Assembly: GCA_964418285.1 (NCBI GenBank)
Contig: CAYQMC010000001.1
Span: 1 to 52,191 of the forward strand
From: an uncultured Chryseobacterium sp.
GTDB lineage: Bacteria > Bacteroidota > Bacteroidia > Flavobacteriales_F > PHOS-HE28
Length of the DNA stretch: 52,191 nucleotides
Direction: 5' to 3'
Shown: one piece after another, positions 51,589 to 52,191 of the stretch
How positions within the stretch are numbered: the first letter of the stretch is position 1
Layout: each line of letters begins with the position of its first letter
Translations under genes and position numbers: made by a program
Notes under the pieces: model-generated
Databases searched by the model: none
What the model saw: the letters and a program-made list of their open reading frames with translations, nothing else
Told to the model about the DNA's origin: nothing

Positions 51589-52191
51589 ATGAACCGCCCA
51601 TCCCTTCTCCCAATATTGCCGGCACTTCTTCTAGCCACGGCACTATACGCTCAAACCCCCGTTCTCAATGAAAATTTCTGGGTAACCAATGGCACGGTTG
51701 AAGCTGTTGCACACGACGAAGCCAATGACCTTGTGTACATCGGGGGTAGTTTCACCTACGTAGGCCCCAACGAACCGTACGGCGCAGGCATTGATGAGAC
51801 CTCCGGTGCGGTGGACTTTAGTTTTGCCAATCCGAATGGAACCGTAAACACCTCGGTGCCTGATGGCAACGGTGGCTGGTTCATTGGTGGAGGCTTCACC
51901 GAAGTTGGTGGTATGCCTCGCAACTGCTTGGCGCAGATCGATGCTTCAGGCCAAGTTACGGCGTGGAACCCGAACGCAAATAACACAGTCCGTGCCCTTG
52001 CCGTCTCGGGCGGCACGGTGTATGCGGGAGGTGGTTTCACCTCGATAGGCGGTCAAACCCGCAATAATATAGCAGCATTGGACGCCACTACAGGCGCTGC
52101 CACGGCGTGGAACCCGAATGCAAGTGGCATAGTCTTTGCCCTTGCCGTCTCGGGCGGCACGGTGTATGCGGGAGGTAGTTTTACCTCGATA
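51589..52191 (+). CDS. Secreted beta-propeller repeat protein (delta-60/DUF5122-like repeats), 3' end outside window
   Basis: Absent from the ORF track because it runs off the right edge. ATG 51589 gives MNRPSLLPILPALLLATALYAQ. Repeats follow: ...WFIGGGFTEVGGMPRNCLAQIDASGQVTAWNPNANNTVRALAVSGGTVYAGGGFTSIGGQTRNNIAALDATTGAATAWNPNASGIVFALAVSGGTVYAGGSFTSI. Confidence 0.8.
   Translation, partial: MNRPSLLPILPALLLATALYAQTPVLNENFWVTNGTVEAVAHDEANDLVYIGGSFTYVGPNEPYGAGIDETSGAVDFSFANPNGTVNTSVPDGNGGWFIGGGFTEVGGMPRNCLAQIDASGQVTAWNPNANNTVRALAVSGGTVYAGGGFTSIGGQTRNNIAALDATTGAATAWNPNASGIVFALAVSGGTVYAGGSFTSI
51961..52191 (+). repeat. Intragenic tandem repeat, 144-nt (48-aa) period
   Basis: The unit starting GCGTGGAACCCGAA at 51961 recurs at 52105. 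A 39-nt stretch GCCCTTGCCGTCTCGGGCGGCACGGTGTATGCGGGAGGT is identical at 51994 and 52138. Confidence 0.7.

Overview
GC-rich (by eye roughly 60%, not computed) chromosomal segment that looks Bacteroidota-like. The signs are many secreted proteins ending in type-A T9SS C-terminal sorting domains (CTDs), TAnnTTTG-type -7 boxes and few Shine-Dalgarno sequences. I support about 40 protein genes, one tRNA-Ala(GGC), several hairpin terminators and one pseudogene fragment. Housekeeping genes (purQ, purD, ppk1, polA, ybeY, an aminotransferase/omega-amidase pair, an aldehyde dehydrogenase, an aldo-keto reductase) are interleaved with T9SS cargo genes. I saw no rRNA, CRISPR array, transposase/integrase or recognisable defence genes. 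The ORF track uses the longest ORF with alternative start codons, so many real starts are internal and I re-derived them. It also omits two edge-truncated genes (1..1760 minus strand, 51589..52191 plus strand). Many long ORFs are antisense shadows typical of high-GC DNA. The best lead is a minus-strand module: TPR sensor kinase, LytTR response regulator, an unknown secreted protein, then a 1233-aa double beta-helix T9SS protein. Both downstream genes are preceded by a pair of GGGTGAACG-core direct repeats with an identical 21-bp period, a candidate LytTR operator and regulon. Other leads are an HD-domain::PPK1 fusion divergent from an orphan tandem SiaB-like kinase protein, a DUF4175-like giant coupled to an RsbW-like kinase and ybeY, a two-CxxCH lipoprotein co-transcribed with an FG-GAP/ASPIC T9SS protein, an orphan T9SS CTD fossil, and a lower-GC unassigned gap of about 550 bp. 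All family names come from motif recognition by eye; no database search was run.
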